A stretch of DNA of 64,000 nt from Oopsacas minuta (lineage: Eukaryota; Animalia; Porifera), in the NCBI GenBank assembly GCA_024704765.1, contig JAKMXF010000298.1, positions 310,001-374,000 of the forward strand. Reading direction: 5' to 3'. The notes under the pieces are model-generated. The model had not been told where the DNA came from, did no database searches, and saw only the letters and a list, made by a program, of their open reading frames with translations. How positions within the stretch are numbered: position 1 is the first letter of the stretch; every line of letters starts with the position of its first letter. Position numbers and translations under genes: made by a program. Below are positions 10,409 to 21,743 of this stretch, piece after piece.

Positions 10409-11623
10409 ATGTCACATTCTTCGTATCGTGTCTTGTCCAACCACACGGGTAAGATGGCCCCTAAAGGCGTAGTAGGCCTAGACAAGATACCTCAACAAGT
10501 CGTGAACAAGGCAATACGTCTTGGTTTCGATTTTAACATTTTGTGTATTGGTGAAACTGGAATAGGCAAGAGTACACTGATCGATACTCTTTTCAAAACA
10601 GAGTTCAACTCATCGCCTGTAAAACACAACCAAGTAAAGGTAGCTCTTTGCGAGAACACATATCGGCTAAAGGAAAGTAACGTGCAATTGAGATTAACCG
10701 TGGTTGATACTGTTGGATTTGGGGATCAAATAAATAAAGTCAATTCTTATGAACCTATCGTAGAGTATGTTGACAAACAATTTGAGCGCTATTTGTTAGA
10801 AGAACTGAGACCAAATAGAAATAGGTTAGATTTTCATGACACACGCATACATGCTTGTCTCTACTTCATTTCCCCTACTGGTCACTCACTGAAAATCCTG
10901 GATCTCCATACCATGAAGGCGCTGGATAAAAAGGTGAACTTAGTGCCAATAATCGCGAAAGCTGACACTATGAGTCAACAGGAAATCGTCGCATTTAAAG
11001 CACGTATTTTAGAGGAAATCAGAGCTAATGATATTCACGTGTATACTTGTGTTGATGGGAACGGCGGTGCAATGGAACCTGTTGGCATGCCATATGCTGT
11101 TATTGGTAGTAGAGAAATGGTGTTGGTCAAAGCTTCCAAGGTTCGTGGGAGGAAATATCCATGGGGTGTTGTTGAGGTTGAGAATGACAAACATTGTGAT
11201 TTTGTACGTCTAAGGGACATGTTGATTCGTACGAATATGGAGGATTTGAGGGAACAGACAAATTCAAATCTTTATGAGGTCTATCGTAGTGCATATCTCG
11301 AAGCTAAAACAGATTATCAACCTTTCATGAGTTCAAAACAAATTCAAAATGCTCAAGAACAGCGGATAGTCCGTGATAGGGAAATTGATAGGCTCGTACA
11401 AGATAAACTGAGTGCGAAAGAGAAAGAATTGAAACAAATAGAAATCCAAATGAAAGAAGAGTTCGAAATTGAACGACAAAAATACACAGAAGAGAAGGAA
11501 AACTTGGGTAAAAAGGGTGAAGCACTGAGAAAAGAATCCACAGAGTTCCAACAGGTCAAGAAACATATGGAAGCAAGCAGAACTTCTACACTGGAAAAAA
11601 TGAAAGCGAAGAAAGCCAAGTAA
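10409..11623 (+). CDS. SEPTIN6/11: Septin, SEPT6/8/10/11 group, intronless
   Basis: GFDFNILCIGETGIGKSTLIDTLF (G1), DTVGFGDQ (G3), AKAD (G4), septin unique element GRKYPWGVVEVENDKHCDF and a C-terminal coiled coil. Confidence 0.95.
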   Translation: MSHSSYRVLSNHTGKMAPKGVVGLDKIPQQVVNKAIRLGFDFNILCIGETGIGKSTLIDTLFKTEFNSSPVKHNQVKVALCENTYRLKESNVQLRLTVVDTVGFGDQINKVNSYEPIVEYVDKQFERYLLEELRPNRNRLDFHDTRIHACLYFISPTGHSLKILDLHTMKALDKKVNLVPIIAKADTMSQQEIVAFKARILEEIRANDIHVYTCVDGNGGAMEPVGMPYAVIGSREMVLVKASKVRGRKYPWGVVEVENDKHCDFVRLRDMLIRTNMEDLREQTNSNLYEVYRSAYLEAKTDYQPFMSSKQIQNAQEQRIVRDREIDRLVQDKLSAKEKELKQIEIQMKEEFEIERQKYTEEKENLGKKGEALRKESTEFQQVKKHMEASRTSTLEKMKAKKAK

Positions 11624-11883
11624 ACGCAAGAGTAACCGCTGTTTTGTTCAATCAATTTACCAGGCAATCCCAGTTAAATATAGTCAATTTTTCTACGGTC
11701 TGAAGTTGTATATTTAGCATTTACTCAACCTAGAATATATTATTAAATTATTGTATTTGGCTGATGAAAGAATAATCTAATTAATAGAAACTACCTTCCT
11801 ACTTTACAGAACGTAACGGACCCGTTTGCTTGAGGATTTTGAATGTGGCTGTATCATGCGATTTCCAAAACAATTATATAATG

Positions 11884-11992
11884 CAGTGGGTCCCAAAGCT
11901 GGGGTCCACGGGTGAAAAAGGTTCATATTCAATTTTGTCAGTTCAAAAAACAGAAGCATAGAATATGATATTCATGAAAATTGGGGACACTT
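11884..11992. mobile_element. hAT/Charlie-like MITE remnant
   Basis: CAGTGGGTCCCAAAGCTGGGGTCC ... AAATTGGGGACACT, similar to the ends of other CAGnGnTTCCCAA copies. Confidence 0.5.
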
Positions 11993-12406
11993 TTCAGGAA
12001 GAGATTATTCAGTTTTCCTTTGTTGAATTGTTCGAAAGATTAGTCTAAATGTTCAATTTCTGGCAGATATGGTCGAAGCATAAAAAACTGCAATTTCCCT
12101 TTCAATACATAAATTTTTACAATCCTTGAGTTGCACATATGTTACGCAATACAACATAATTATTATATCAATAACAAGAGGAAAGCCAGTCAGCTCTCTC
12201 TCTCTCGTTACATAGAAAGTGCATGAATCTGATTATTCTCTTTGAAAATTAGTTAGTAAGTAAACTAATATAAGAGTAACTATTTTAAGAAAGACCTTAG
12301 ACCTATTCTGATGGAAGCAGTGATTTCGTATTCGTTCTCGATATAACGAGAGTTGGCTGTAAATTCCTACAATGGTATGTAACGTAAATAATTTATCTGT
12401 ATCTAG

Positions 12407-13789
12407 TTGGATATGAATTCAGTCACTGACACATCCCATGTTATCCAAGATAATCTCCCATCAATGTGGAATGCAAAAGACAACTATTCTTCTCTCTCCC
12501 TTACTCACAACAATTTATGGGTCTCTTTTCGTGGACACGGTAAAGCTCATCAAAAAGAAGCCGCATCAGTACGCTCAAACAACTCCATCCCCAAATCCTG
12601 CGGAATATATTACTTCGAAATACACATCATTTCTAAAGGAAGAGATGGTTTTATTGGAATTGGGTTAACCTCACGAAAATCTGTAACCAATCGTTTACCC
12701 GGTTTAGATAAAAATTCCTATGGTTACCATGGTGACGATGGTTGTATATTTTCTTCCTCATCTTCTGGAAAACCATACGGTCCATCTTTCACAACCAATG
12801 ACGTCATAGGATGTGGTCTTAATACAATTACAAATACTTGTTTCTATACAAAGAATGGGATATTCCTTGGCCATGCTTTCCAGAATGTTCCATCGAATCT
12901 CTACCCAACAATTGGCTTACAAACTTCTGGTGAAACAATCGCAGCTAATTTCGGACAGGAATCATTTATGTATGATATTGAAGGTATAAGTAGCTCATTT
13001 CGTCAGAAATTGATTGATTCTATTATAAAACGAAAGTTGCCTTCCCATACGGTTTCTACAGCACCTGACTATATGCATGAGTTAGTGTTATCATACTTAG
13101 TGCACCATGGACATTGTAGAAGTGCTAGAGCCTTTGCCTCAGCTACTGACCAAGATATCGCCGAATCGGAAGCATCCATGGTCCAAAGACAGCAAATACA
13201 CAATTACATTCTTTCAGGGAAAATAAGCGAAGTTATTAAAATGTGTGACTCGTTTTATCCAGATTTATTTGAGAGTAATTTAGAGTTAAAATTTCGTGTC
13301 AAATGTCAGCAATTCTTAGAAATTCTATCAGGAAATGATAGTATTAATCTCGAAGCTTTCAATGGTACAGAAAACATATTTCCATACGAAGATTCAAACT
13401 CAATAGAAAATTCAAATATTTCAACAGCTCGTACTTACAAAGAATTAGCTAGTTTAGTGTATTTCGGTAGAAACGAGTTAATTCCAATTGTCAATGTAAT
13501 GTTAGAGAGAAAACTAATGACAGAAGAACTGACATCATATTATCAGGATATATTCAGTATCTTTGTGTATCCAGACCCAATGAACTCACCGTTAACCTAT
13601 TTACTCGACAACTCACAAAGAATTTCATTAGGTAACTATCTGAATAGTGTAATTCTAATGCGACTAAATTTACCTGCAAATCCGCCATTACATACACTAC
13701 TACAGTATGCCAACCAAACATGGAAATATATGCAGGAAAAAGAGGTCAGTTCAACAGCTCTCCTCTCTATCAACCACTTTTGTACATAG
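12407..13789 (+). CDS. RANBP9/10: Ran-binding protein 9/10 (SPRY-LisH-CTLH-CRA; CTLH/GID E3 subunit). True start is ATG 12413 or ATG 12372 via a 32-nt intron.
   Basis: CGIYYFEI, GFIGIGL, NRLPG, SYGYHGDDG, YGPSFTTNDVIGCG, LYPTIGLQT and ANFGQ (SPRY); LVLSYLVHHGHCRSARAF (LisH). Confidence 0.93.
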   Translation: MDMNSVTDTSHVIQDNLPSMWNAKDNYSSLSLTHNNLWVSFRGHGKAHQKEAASVRSNNSIPKSCGIYYFEIHIISKGRDGFIGIGLTSRKSVTNRLPGLDKNSYGYHGDDGCIFSSSSSGKPYGPSFTTNDVIGCGLNTITNTCFYTKNGIFLGHAFQNVPSNLYPTIGLQTSGETIAANFGQESFMYDIEGISSSFRQKLIDSIIKRKLPSHTVSTAPDYMHELVLSYLVHHGHCRSARAFASATDQDIAESEASMVQRQQIHNYILSGKISEVIKMCDSFYPDLFESNLELKFRVKCQQFLEILSGNDSINLEAFNGTENIFPYEDSNSIENSNISTARTYKELASLVYFGRNELIPIVNVMLERKLMTEELTSYYQDIFSIFVYPDPMNSPLTYLLDNSQRISLGNYLNSVILMRLNLPANPPLHTLLQYANQTWKYMQEKEVSSTALLSINHFCT

Positions 13790-13972
13790 TTATGTATTGT
13801 TACGTCACTAGTCAGTTAAGCGTGTGTACTTTCTTTAATTGTTCAGCTACTTTATTAAGTTAGTTCTAATGAAGTTTATATTGGAAGTTAGTATTATTTA
13901 TTCTCTAATATCTTGTATGGAGAATTTTATTATGATAACAAAAAGTTACGAACACTTATTTACAAATTTACC

Positions 13973-14089
13973 CAGAGGTTCCCAACCTTTTTCACTCGTG
14001 GGCCCTCCCATATTTCTAGATTCCATGGACCCGTGCTGTCGCTCGTGCACCATCAAGGGGCACATAGACCCCATGGTTGGGAACCACAA
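13973..14089. mobile_element. hAT/Charlie-like MITE
   Basis: CAGAGGTTCCCAACC ... GGTTGGGAACCAC. The interior (CCATGGACCC, AAGGGG..CATAGACCCC) is shared with 48433-48592 and 55279-55448. Confidence 0.75.
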
Positions 14090-14145
14090 AATTCCATGAA
14101 TTTCAGATTTCATAATACTTTACTGTTATAATAATAAATTTTTGT

Positions 14146-15353
14146 ATGGCAAGTCTATTTGCTGATGACTTCGAAGAGGTAGATGTATTCTTGACAGATA
14201 TTGCTTATTGTAAAGAGGAAATAATTCGTAAACTCGAAGAGCTAGAGAGGATATTGAATGAAAGGAAGCAAGTATTACTTGGTGAAATCGCTTATATAAA
14301 AGAGAGATACGAAAAATCAAGAGAAACGATTAAAACACTCGAAAAGAGTAGAGCTTCAATTCTTCAGAGTATTATTAAAGTTGATAATCTGTTGATCAGT
14401 GCTACAACTCGTAAAGATGTAATAAACCCGTTAGATAACGAGATTAATCACCTCAAAATTGCTCAAGAAATATTCACGAAAATTAAAGTCACTTTCGGTG
14501 ATGAAGAAAAGTTATTAAATTTTATTGAAAATTATGGGAAAATTTCAAATTCTATAGAAATATGTTATAAAGAACGAACAATCCCACAATACACACTATT
14601 CCTTCGCAAATATTTAACTTTAACTCTCTTTACGGTATCTCAATAGCGTTTAACGGGAGGAAAGAAAGGCAAGATTGTAGTTCTTTCGAAAGATTTAAAG
14701 GATATAAAATATATAAAAGACAAGCGTTTATCAGCTCCTTATGGTATATTTGTGTTAACAATGATTTTGTCTTCATTACTGATGCTATTATGCATAAATT
14801 ACTTAAGTTTAATCGTGATGGAACATTTGTGAAGCAAATCGGTAACTTTGGCTCGCGAAATAACGAATTTAAATACCCTTATTCATTGGATATTGACTCG
14901 GGAAACTTACTATTTGTCTGTGATAATGATAACAACAGACTATCGGTTTTTAACACAAAACTTGAATGGCAAAAATCATTGACTAATCCTATCTTAAACT
15001 ACCCACGAGATGTTAAAGTTAATGAGAATATTTACGTTTTATGTGGCGACAAAACTATCTATGTTTTTTCAAAATTATTCGCATTAGTCAGGAAGATAAA
15101 ACCCATTTCTAAATTCGTGAATAATCCATTCTGGTTCTGTATTGATAAAAATGGACACTTTTTGGTAAGTGATAGAGATGGTGGTGTTATAAAGATATTT
15201 ACACCTGAAGGCAAATTGGATTCTATTTTAGGTTCAAAGGTTCAAGAGAATGAATATGCATATTGTCATGATACTCAGGGTATAGCTATTAATCAGGATG
15301 GATGCATTGTCAGTGTATCATCAGATATTAATGTCTCTCTTAAATATTTTTAA
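14146..15353 (+). pseudogene. Coiled-coil plus NHL-repeat (TRIM-NHL-like, no RING/B-box) gene disrupted by frameshifts
   Basis: Coiled-coil ORF 14146-14646 and NHL ORF 14790-15353 (FKYPYSLDIDSGNLLFVCDNDNNRL, LNYPRDVKV, NPFWFCID, TQGIAI). NHL-like peptides in 14601-14760 alternate between two frames. Assembly indels cannot be excluded. Confidence 0.6.
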
Positions 15354-15820
15354 TTTATCCCCAATATTTTTTCTGCTCATGTTTTGTGTATATTTTTACT
15401 TCATTTTGGAAGCCTGTTTTTCGTTGATCGAAATTTCTTCCAAACTATGGATAAATACACTGTTCACACAAGTACTCACTTGATTATTTATAATACGTAC
15501 TCTTGTTTACGGAATACATTATATGACAATTGAGTGCAATACACAGACAACGTGTAATATCATAATTAACAATATCACAGTATTACAATATCTGAAGCTT
15601 AATATAGTAGAATGAACTATAGCACATAATCTATAATAGAATATTCCAAGACTAGATACTTCTTCTGTTATTTGCTATCCTTTCCTTTACTAAAAATACA
15701 ATACAGTTATAGATACGTAGACTCTGCATTATAAGGTCACTTCGGGACCAGGAAAATTGATCCAATTAAGAGGAATTAAAGTGTTGGGCCGATTAACTGG
15801 AGGTAGTTCTGAATCTCTAG

Positions 15821-15910
15821 TATATCGAAGCTCAAGGAACCACAATAATTACTTCGATATACCCGATGAAATAAATTTATGTAACTTTGACGGTTTGAGT
15901 TGACTGACTG
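15821..15910. mobile_element. Partial MITE family A
   Basis: TATATCGAAGCTCAAGGAACC...TTACTTCGATATA...TTTGACGGTTTG...GACTG-TA. Confidence 0.6.
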
Positions 15911-16105
15911 TATATTAGATCATGCACATATCCCACGCTCGAATTAATTGAAAATTCCACTAAATACATGGTAATTTGTATGTCTGTACTTGTAATACAA
16001 TATCTTATTAGGACAGTCACATGAAATGATGTACAGACAAGTACAGTTTATATAAACTTAGATTACCAAATAGTCTCATTTAGTGTTCACAAATATCTTA
16101 GAGAA

Positions 16106-18103
16106 ATGTCTAACAAACGTGCAGTCTATGTGCTGGGGGTGGGGATGACAAAATTCGAGAAGCCTGGTCGTAGAGATAACTTTGACTACCCAGACATGGC
16201 TCTAGAAGCCGCGAGGAATGCATTAGCAGATGCTAAGATATCATATAAAGATGTACAACAAGTATGCTGTGGATATACAATAGGAGATAGTACATGTGGA
16301 CAGAGAGCTGTCTATCAGCTGGGGATGACTGGCATACCTGTATACAATGTGAACAATAATTGTTCTACCGGAAGTACTGCTCTACTACTCGCTAGGTATA
16401 TTGTTCAGGGTGGTGTAGCTGATTGCGTCATGGCTCTAGGATTCGATAAGATGCATAGAGGACCAATCAAATCAGGATATACTGATAGAGTTAATCCTAT
16501 GGATAAACATGTAGAGGTTATGTTCACTCAAAGGGAGATGGGGAATGGACCTATTACTGCTCAAATGTTCGGGAACGCAGGTAATAATATACTATACCCC
16601 CCTGCTTAAAAATCTACGACGTATGTTGTACGTAAACACACGAAATTATAATCATAATTACCTAATTATTCGGGATACTTGGATTGTCTCACAAATTTTT
16701 TATCATCCAGGATTCCTGGGAAATTTGCAATTTTCTGGATATTTTCGTTAATTAATTAACGCTTAGAATTACAGTAGGTGTCGCTAATAAGAACCATCCT
16801 GTGGAAACAGTTCTCAATACTTGTATACTTTACACCGGTTATAAGAACATATTTGGCTACTCCCAACGGTGTTCTTATAAGCGATAATTCGATAACCACT
16901 GTATTCGAATTACTTCAGAACATAAAATTCATGAAATATAACGTTGGTTAATAACTTACAACAGGTAGAGAACATATGGAGAAGTATGGCTCAAATCCTG
17001 ATCATTTCGCTAAGATAGCTTACAAGAACCACAAACATTCTGTGAACAATCCTAACGCACAGTTTCAGCAGCATTACACTCTTGAGGAAGTGAAAGCAAG
17101 CAGACTTGTCCATGACCCACTCACCCTACTTCAATGCTGTCCTACTAGTGATGGAGCAGGTTGTGTTATTGTATGCTCACTTGATTTCCTAAACAAAACA
17201 GGACTACATGCTCAAGCCGTGGAGATACTAGCCATGGAAATGCGTACAGACTTCCCATCTACATTCGAGGAGAAATCATCCATCAAACTAGTAGGTTATG
17301 ATTTATCTAAAAGCGCAGCAGATAGTGTATACAAACAGACCGGATATAATGCAAATGATGTTGACGTCATAGAATTACATGATTGTTTCTCAGCTAACGA
17401 ATTGATTACTTATGAAGCTCTAGGGCTGTGTCCTCCTGGTAAAGCAGGTAACCTCATAGATAGGGGAGATAACACGTACGGCGGTAAATGGGTAGTTAAC
17501 CCTAGCGGGGGTCTAATCAGTAAAGGACATCCCCTAGGTGCTACTGGCCTAGCGCAATGCACAGAGTTATGCTGGCAATTGAGAGGACAAGCTGGTCCGA
17601 GACAGGTGAAAGGAGCTAAACTAGCTCTACAGCATAATCTGGGCCTTGGTGGAGCTGTAGTAGTTACGATGTACAGACTAGGATTCCCTCATTTAACGTA
17701 TGATGCTAAAACACCTTATGCTTTATCACATCAGCCTTGTTCAGGAGGTAATCTAAAATCTGAGGAGTTTTTCAAACTAATCGCAGAGAATATGGAAGAG
17801 AACGGAGCTGATCTGGTGAAAAAGGTAAAAGGAAGTTATCTTTTTAAGATAACAGGTGGACCTGGTGGCCTATCGAAAAAATGGGTAGTAGACCTCAAAA
17901 ATGGTAACGGATCGGTAAAAGAGGGAGATGGAAAGGCAGATTGTACTATTATGATAAGTGACGATAATTTCGCAGATATGGTGAGTGGGAAGTTGAACGG
18001 ACAAAAAGCATTTTTCCAAGGAAAACTGAAGCTATCTGGTAACATGGCTCTTGCAATGAAACTACAAGCAATTATGCCAAGTAATCCTAACTCAAAATTA
18101 TAA
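16106..18103 (+). CDS. SCP2: Sterol carrier protein X (thiolase plus SCP2), 2 exons 16106-16580 and 16965-18103, C-terminal PTS1 SKL
   Basis: [53 protein letters not shown] and SCP2 domain [11 protein letters not shown]. The intron joins AG/REHM in phase. Confidence 0.96.
16772..16901. mobile_element. TA-flanked Tc1/mariner-type MITE in the SCP2 intron
   Basis: TA-CAGTAGGTGTCGCTAATAAGAAC ... GTTCTTATAAGCGATAATTCGATAACCACTG-TA. Confidence 0.7.
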
Positions 18104-18140
18104 ACAAAACCAGCTGAAGATGATGTAGTACATTAGTTCG

Positions 18141-19208
18141 TTACCTTTTAATCTTAACTCTGTGTGTGTCGTGTGTGTAGCGTGCTTGTTGACTGTGACT
18201 TGATGTTGGATCTTGTCCGAATACTCTAGCTCTAAAACAAACAATATTTTGTAATAATATTTAGTTATCTTATATATTAAATGGAGTAATTACGCATATA
18301 TAGTTTAATAGTCAGTTTAAATGTTATATTCGACTTGGTTATAACGGGAATTTCCTGTACCTTGCTTCAGCATAAGTTGCTTCTTTATTCTGTAACCTTT
18401 CTTGGAAAGTTTGTTTATTCAATGCATCTAATTTGTTTTCTGTCCTATTATCAATTCTGTTATCATCTGAATGATTTCTCTTCAATATTTTAAACTATGA
18501 ACATACTCAAATGTTAGTATTGTATAATATTAATAAGGAAGTGTTAAGGACCTTCGGCGAATTATCTTCTGTTGGCGATTTGCTAGCTTCTCCTGCTTGT
18601 TGAGTTGAGTGAGAAGAAGAGTGAGATTTTATTTTCGATCTCTTTTGTCTCCTAGATTTGGATAAGATCTACCGTATTTATGCGAAACGCAGCAATTTTT
18701 ATCAAATTTAAACGTATTTTTTATTCAATTTCTACCAACAAATATGATACGCAGATTTATCGTGAGATGCTTATTTCCTTTTGGCTGTCGCGTCCAGTGT
18801 TGCCAAGTCCTTAGCAAATTTAATAGATTTTGGCTTTGACATGAACTTTGACTTATGACAAGACATTACATGAACCATGAACTTTGGCATGAACTTTGTC
18901 GGCACATCATATGGCCACACTGGTCGCGTCGATCTAGGTAACTGAACTTCCATTGATGGTTTTCAGTGCCTAGAGTTAGATGCAGTTTGAAATAATTATG
19001 TTAAATTGGAAAATTCATGCATTTGGAATAATAATAATAAAAATTTACTTTCTTTCTTTTTCTTTATATTTCTCTTCTCGTTCTGTCATCTTTTTCTCAA
19101 AATCCTACAACTCAAATAAAAAAATGATATAATGAATAATACATCATTAGTGCTTCTTACGTCATCATCTGCATCTTCCCAATTATCTAATATATCTTTA
19201 TCTTCCAT
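18141..19208 (-). CDS. SZRD1: SUZ domain-containing protein 1-like, about 5 exons, not recovered by the ORF track
   Basis: Exon 1 MEDKDILDNWEDADD (cf. MEDEEVAESWEEAAD). SUZ core FKILKR ... LQNKEATYAEAR/ARVFG at about 18497-18361 and 18233-18141 (cf. IRILKR...REAEYAEARKRILG). Confidence 0.75.
18840..18898. repeat. Three close copies of CATGAACTTTG in an SZRD1 intron
   Basis: Copies at about 18840, 18877 and 18888. Confidence 0.6.
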
Positions 19209-19657
19209 AAAATCTCTAATTTGTTAAAATGCCAACACAGATAAATTATAGGAGACCGAGAATATATAATTTATTATGTGAAGTTTAGGCCAAATATTTG
19301 TTTTTTATGAGAAAATATTCGTTTATTAAAAATCTACAATATAGCAGAGGGCCACCGAGTTTTGGTATGCATCACTGAAACCGGGAAAGTTTACACTATA
19401 AAAAGTGAAATTTTCAAAAAATCTGACCTTGCTCTACGTATATATGCTCATAATTATTAGCCAGAAAGTTTTATGGAGAAGGTAAGATAGAAAATTGTCA
19501 GGGCTAACTAATGAACCAATTGAACCTCTAACCTCCAAACAGTTATGAAGGTGTATGGTTGGAGATGATCAAAAATTTCGAGTCCTCATGGCCCAACTTT
19601 ATTCCGCATGATTACTAATGTGATAGCAAAAAATAAATTACAAACTTCATATAGGAA

Positions 19658-20635
19658 ATGGGAGCTAGAGTGAAGATCGTATTAGCATCAGTCCTACCTT
19701 TACCAAACCTACATCATTTCTCAATAAAATCCTCTAACACAGAATTCAACAGACTAGCACTTACATCAGGAGAGAATTATGGATTAAAGGGGAGCGGATT
19801 TCTCACAATTATAGACACAAACCACCACTTACAGGTTATTAAACAATTTCAATGGAGTGATGCATTGTTTGACGTCACATGGGGAGAACAATATAATAAC
19901 ATTGCAGTGACAGTTTCTGGTGATGGGAGTTTCCAAGTTTGGGATATTTCAGAGGAAACATTAAATCCAAAATTAGTAATAAAAGCTCATAGCATAGAGA
20001 GTTGCTGTGTAGAATGGGATGTAACAAATATTGCCTCGCGGTTTTTAACAACTTCATGGGATAAGACACTAAAAGTATGGGATATAAGTGAAGGCCCTAT
20101 TTGCATCTGCGAAATTTCACACCCTAGTATTGTATACAGTGGCCAATGGGCACCATTTTCACCTCATCTAATCGCTATAGCAGGTTCTGATGGTTATTTA
20201 GTACAGAGAGATTTGAGAAATAGCAAATCTCAAATATCAGCTATACAAGCCCACCAGCCTGAAATCCTATCATGTAGCTGGTCCCCACAAAACCAGTTTA
20301 CCATAGCAACAGGTGGATGCGATAGGTATGTAAAGATATGGGACACAAGACAACTGCAATCACCAATAACAATTCTAACTGGGCAAAGACAAACTGTGAA
20401 AAGAGTTAAAATGAATCCTCATAGTGAAACGCTGCTTGGATCCTGTGGATATGATAATAACTGGATTTTATGGGACTATTCTAACAAGAACTGTTTGTTT
20501 GTTTCTAATTGGCATACAAATTTCTGCTATGGATTCGATTTTGATAGAAATGTGAATGGACAGTTCTACACGTGTGCTTGGGATTCAAAGGTTATAAGTG
20601 CAAGATATGAGAGTAAATATTTATCAAAATTGTGA
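19658..20635 (+). CDS. PEX7: Peroxisomal targeting signal 2 receptor (WD40), intronless
   Basis: ENYGLKGSG, FQWSDALFDVTW, SGDGSFQVWD, TTSWDKTLKVWD, LLGSCGYD and HTNFCYGFDF match PEX7 hallmarks. Confidence 0.9.
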   Translation: MGARVKIVLASVLPLPNLHHFSIKSSNTEFNRLALTSGENYGLKGSGFLTIIDTNHHLQVIKQFQWSDALFDVTWGEQYNNIAVTVSGDGSFQVWDISEETLNPKLVIKAHSIESCCVEWDVTNIASRFLTTSWDKTLKVWDISEGPICICEISHPSIVYSGQWAPFSPHLIAIAGSDGYLVQRDLRNSKSQISAIQAHQPEILSCSWSPQNQFTIATGGCDRYVKIWDTRQLQSPITILTGQRQTVKRVKMNPHSETLLGSCGYDNNWILWDYSNKNCLFVSNWHTNFCYGFDFDRNVNGQFYTCAWDSKVISARYESKYLSKL

Positions 20636-20728
20636 CTAAAGTTTATTAATCTGTTTAAAATTTATTTATATCTATATATGTCTATATCTCTATAATTCCC
20701 ACAAATGATTACTTATAATATGTATAAA

Positions 20729-20843
20729 CAGTGGAACCTCGTTAATACGAACACCGACGAATTGAACAACCATTGTAGGGGCCTGAATTTGTGCAATTAT
20801 TCGTTGTTTCTGTCTGGTGATTCGTATTAACGAGGTTCTGCAC
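20729..20843. mobile_element. pogo/Tigger-type MITE (family B)
   Basis: CAGTGGAACCTCGTTAATACGAAC ... TTCGTATTAACGAGGTTCTGC. Confidence 0.75.
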
Positions 20844-20930
20844 ATTTGGCTTACACCAGTTGAAACGTTTAAACAGTGCTTATGTATACATTCAACAATT
20901 TACTATACAGCTAATAATCCCGATTACTAA

Positions 20931-21374
20931 ATGGTGAAGGGAAAGAATAGATACTTCCTAATGGAAATACATTGCGAAAACTCACTCAAAAATCTCACAC
21001 AGCAATCAATGCGAAAAGATATCCTCAACTCAATAGAAGAGAATTTCGGTATATTCGGCTATGCATGTGTAATTACATCACTAAATGTCAAATATCTCAA
21101 TGCACATACGAACACTGCAATAATTCGAGTCAATCATAAATATTTTCAAATGCTACAACAAGCTCTTACACTATTAAGAACAATGGATGGTAAAGTTTGT
21201 ATGTTACGGACACTACACATAGCTGGTACTATAAAATCCTGTCAAAAGAAATTGATGGAGTACGACAAGAAATATTTATTGTTTACGTATGAACGTCTGC
21301 CTAATGATTATGAGAAGAAAAAGCTTGTTAAGAAGTTTATAGAGCAATACAAACTAAAGGAAAAAAGAATGTAA
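20931..21374 (+). CDS. POP5: RNase P/MRP subunit POP5, intronless
   Basis: MVKGKNRYFLMEI, FGIFGYA, VKYLNAHTNTAIIRV and LHIAGTIKSCQKKL. Confidence 0.92.
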   Translation: MVKGKNRYFLMEIHCENSLKNLTQQSMRKDILNSIEENFGIFGYACVITSLNVKYLNAHTNTAIIRVNHKYFQMLQQALTLLRTMDGKVCMLRTLHIAGTIKSCQKKLMEYDKKYLLFTYERLPNDYEKKKLVKKFIEQYKLKEKRM

Positions 21375-21743
21375 TATTTTTCTATATAGACTTTTACAAA
21401 TTTATTATATTATAATCTATATTATTAAATCTCAAAAGTGCGGTAATTGTCCGCTATGTAGAGATGACAGCTTCGTATATATAAAGGAATAATAAGCACA
21501 TTTAATTAATACACCAATTTACTAAATTTTAGAATAATACAACTCTTTTACAATAATAATCTAACATAATAGTAATAATAATAATAATTAATAATAACAA
21601 ACAATATTGCTTTACTCTAAACATAAATAATTATTACAATTAGCCACAGGGTAAGTAATGAATTATTAATGTACATTGTAACCACAATATAAAACTGGTA
21701 AAATAACCATGGATGAGTGCGCGCGTCTGTTTGAGTGGAGTTA

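Noticed and set aside
18771-18953. 60-aa ORF with PKFM/SKFM repeats
   Set aside because: Produced by the CATGAACTTTG repeats inside an SZRD1 intron, with no homology signal
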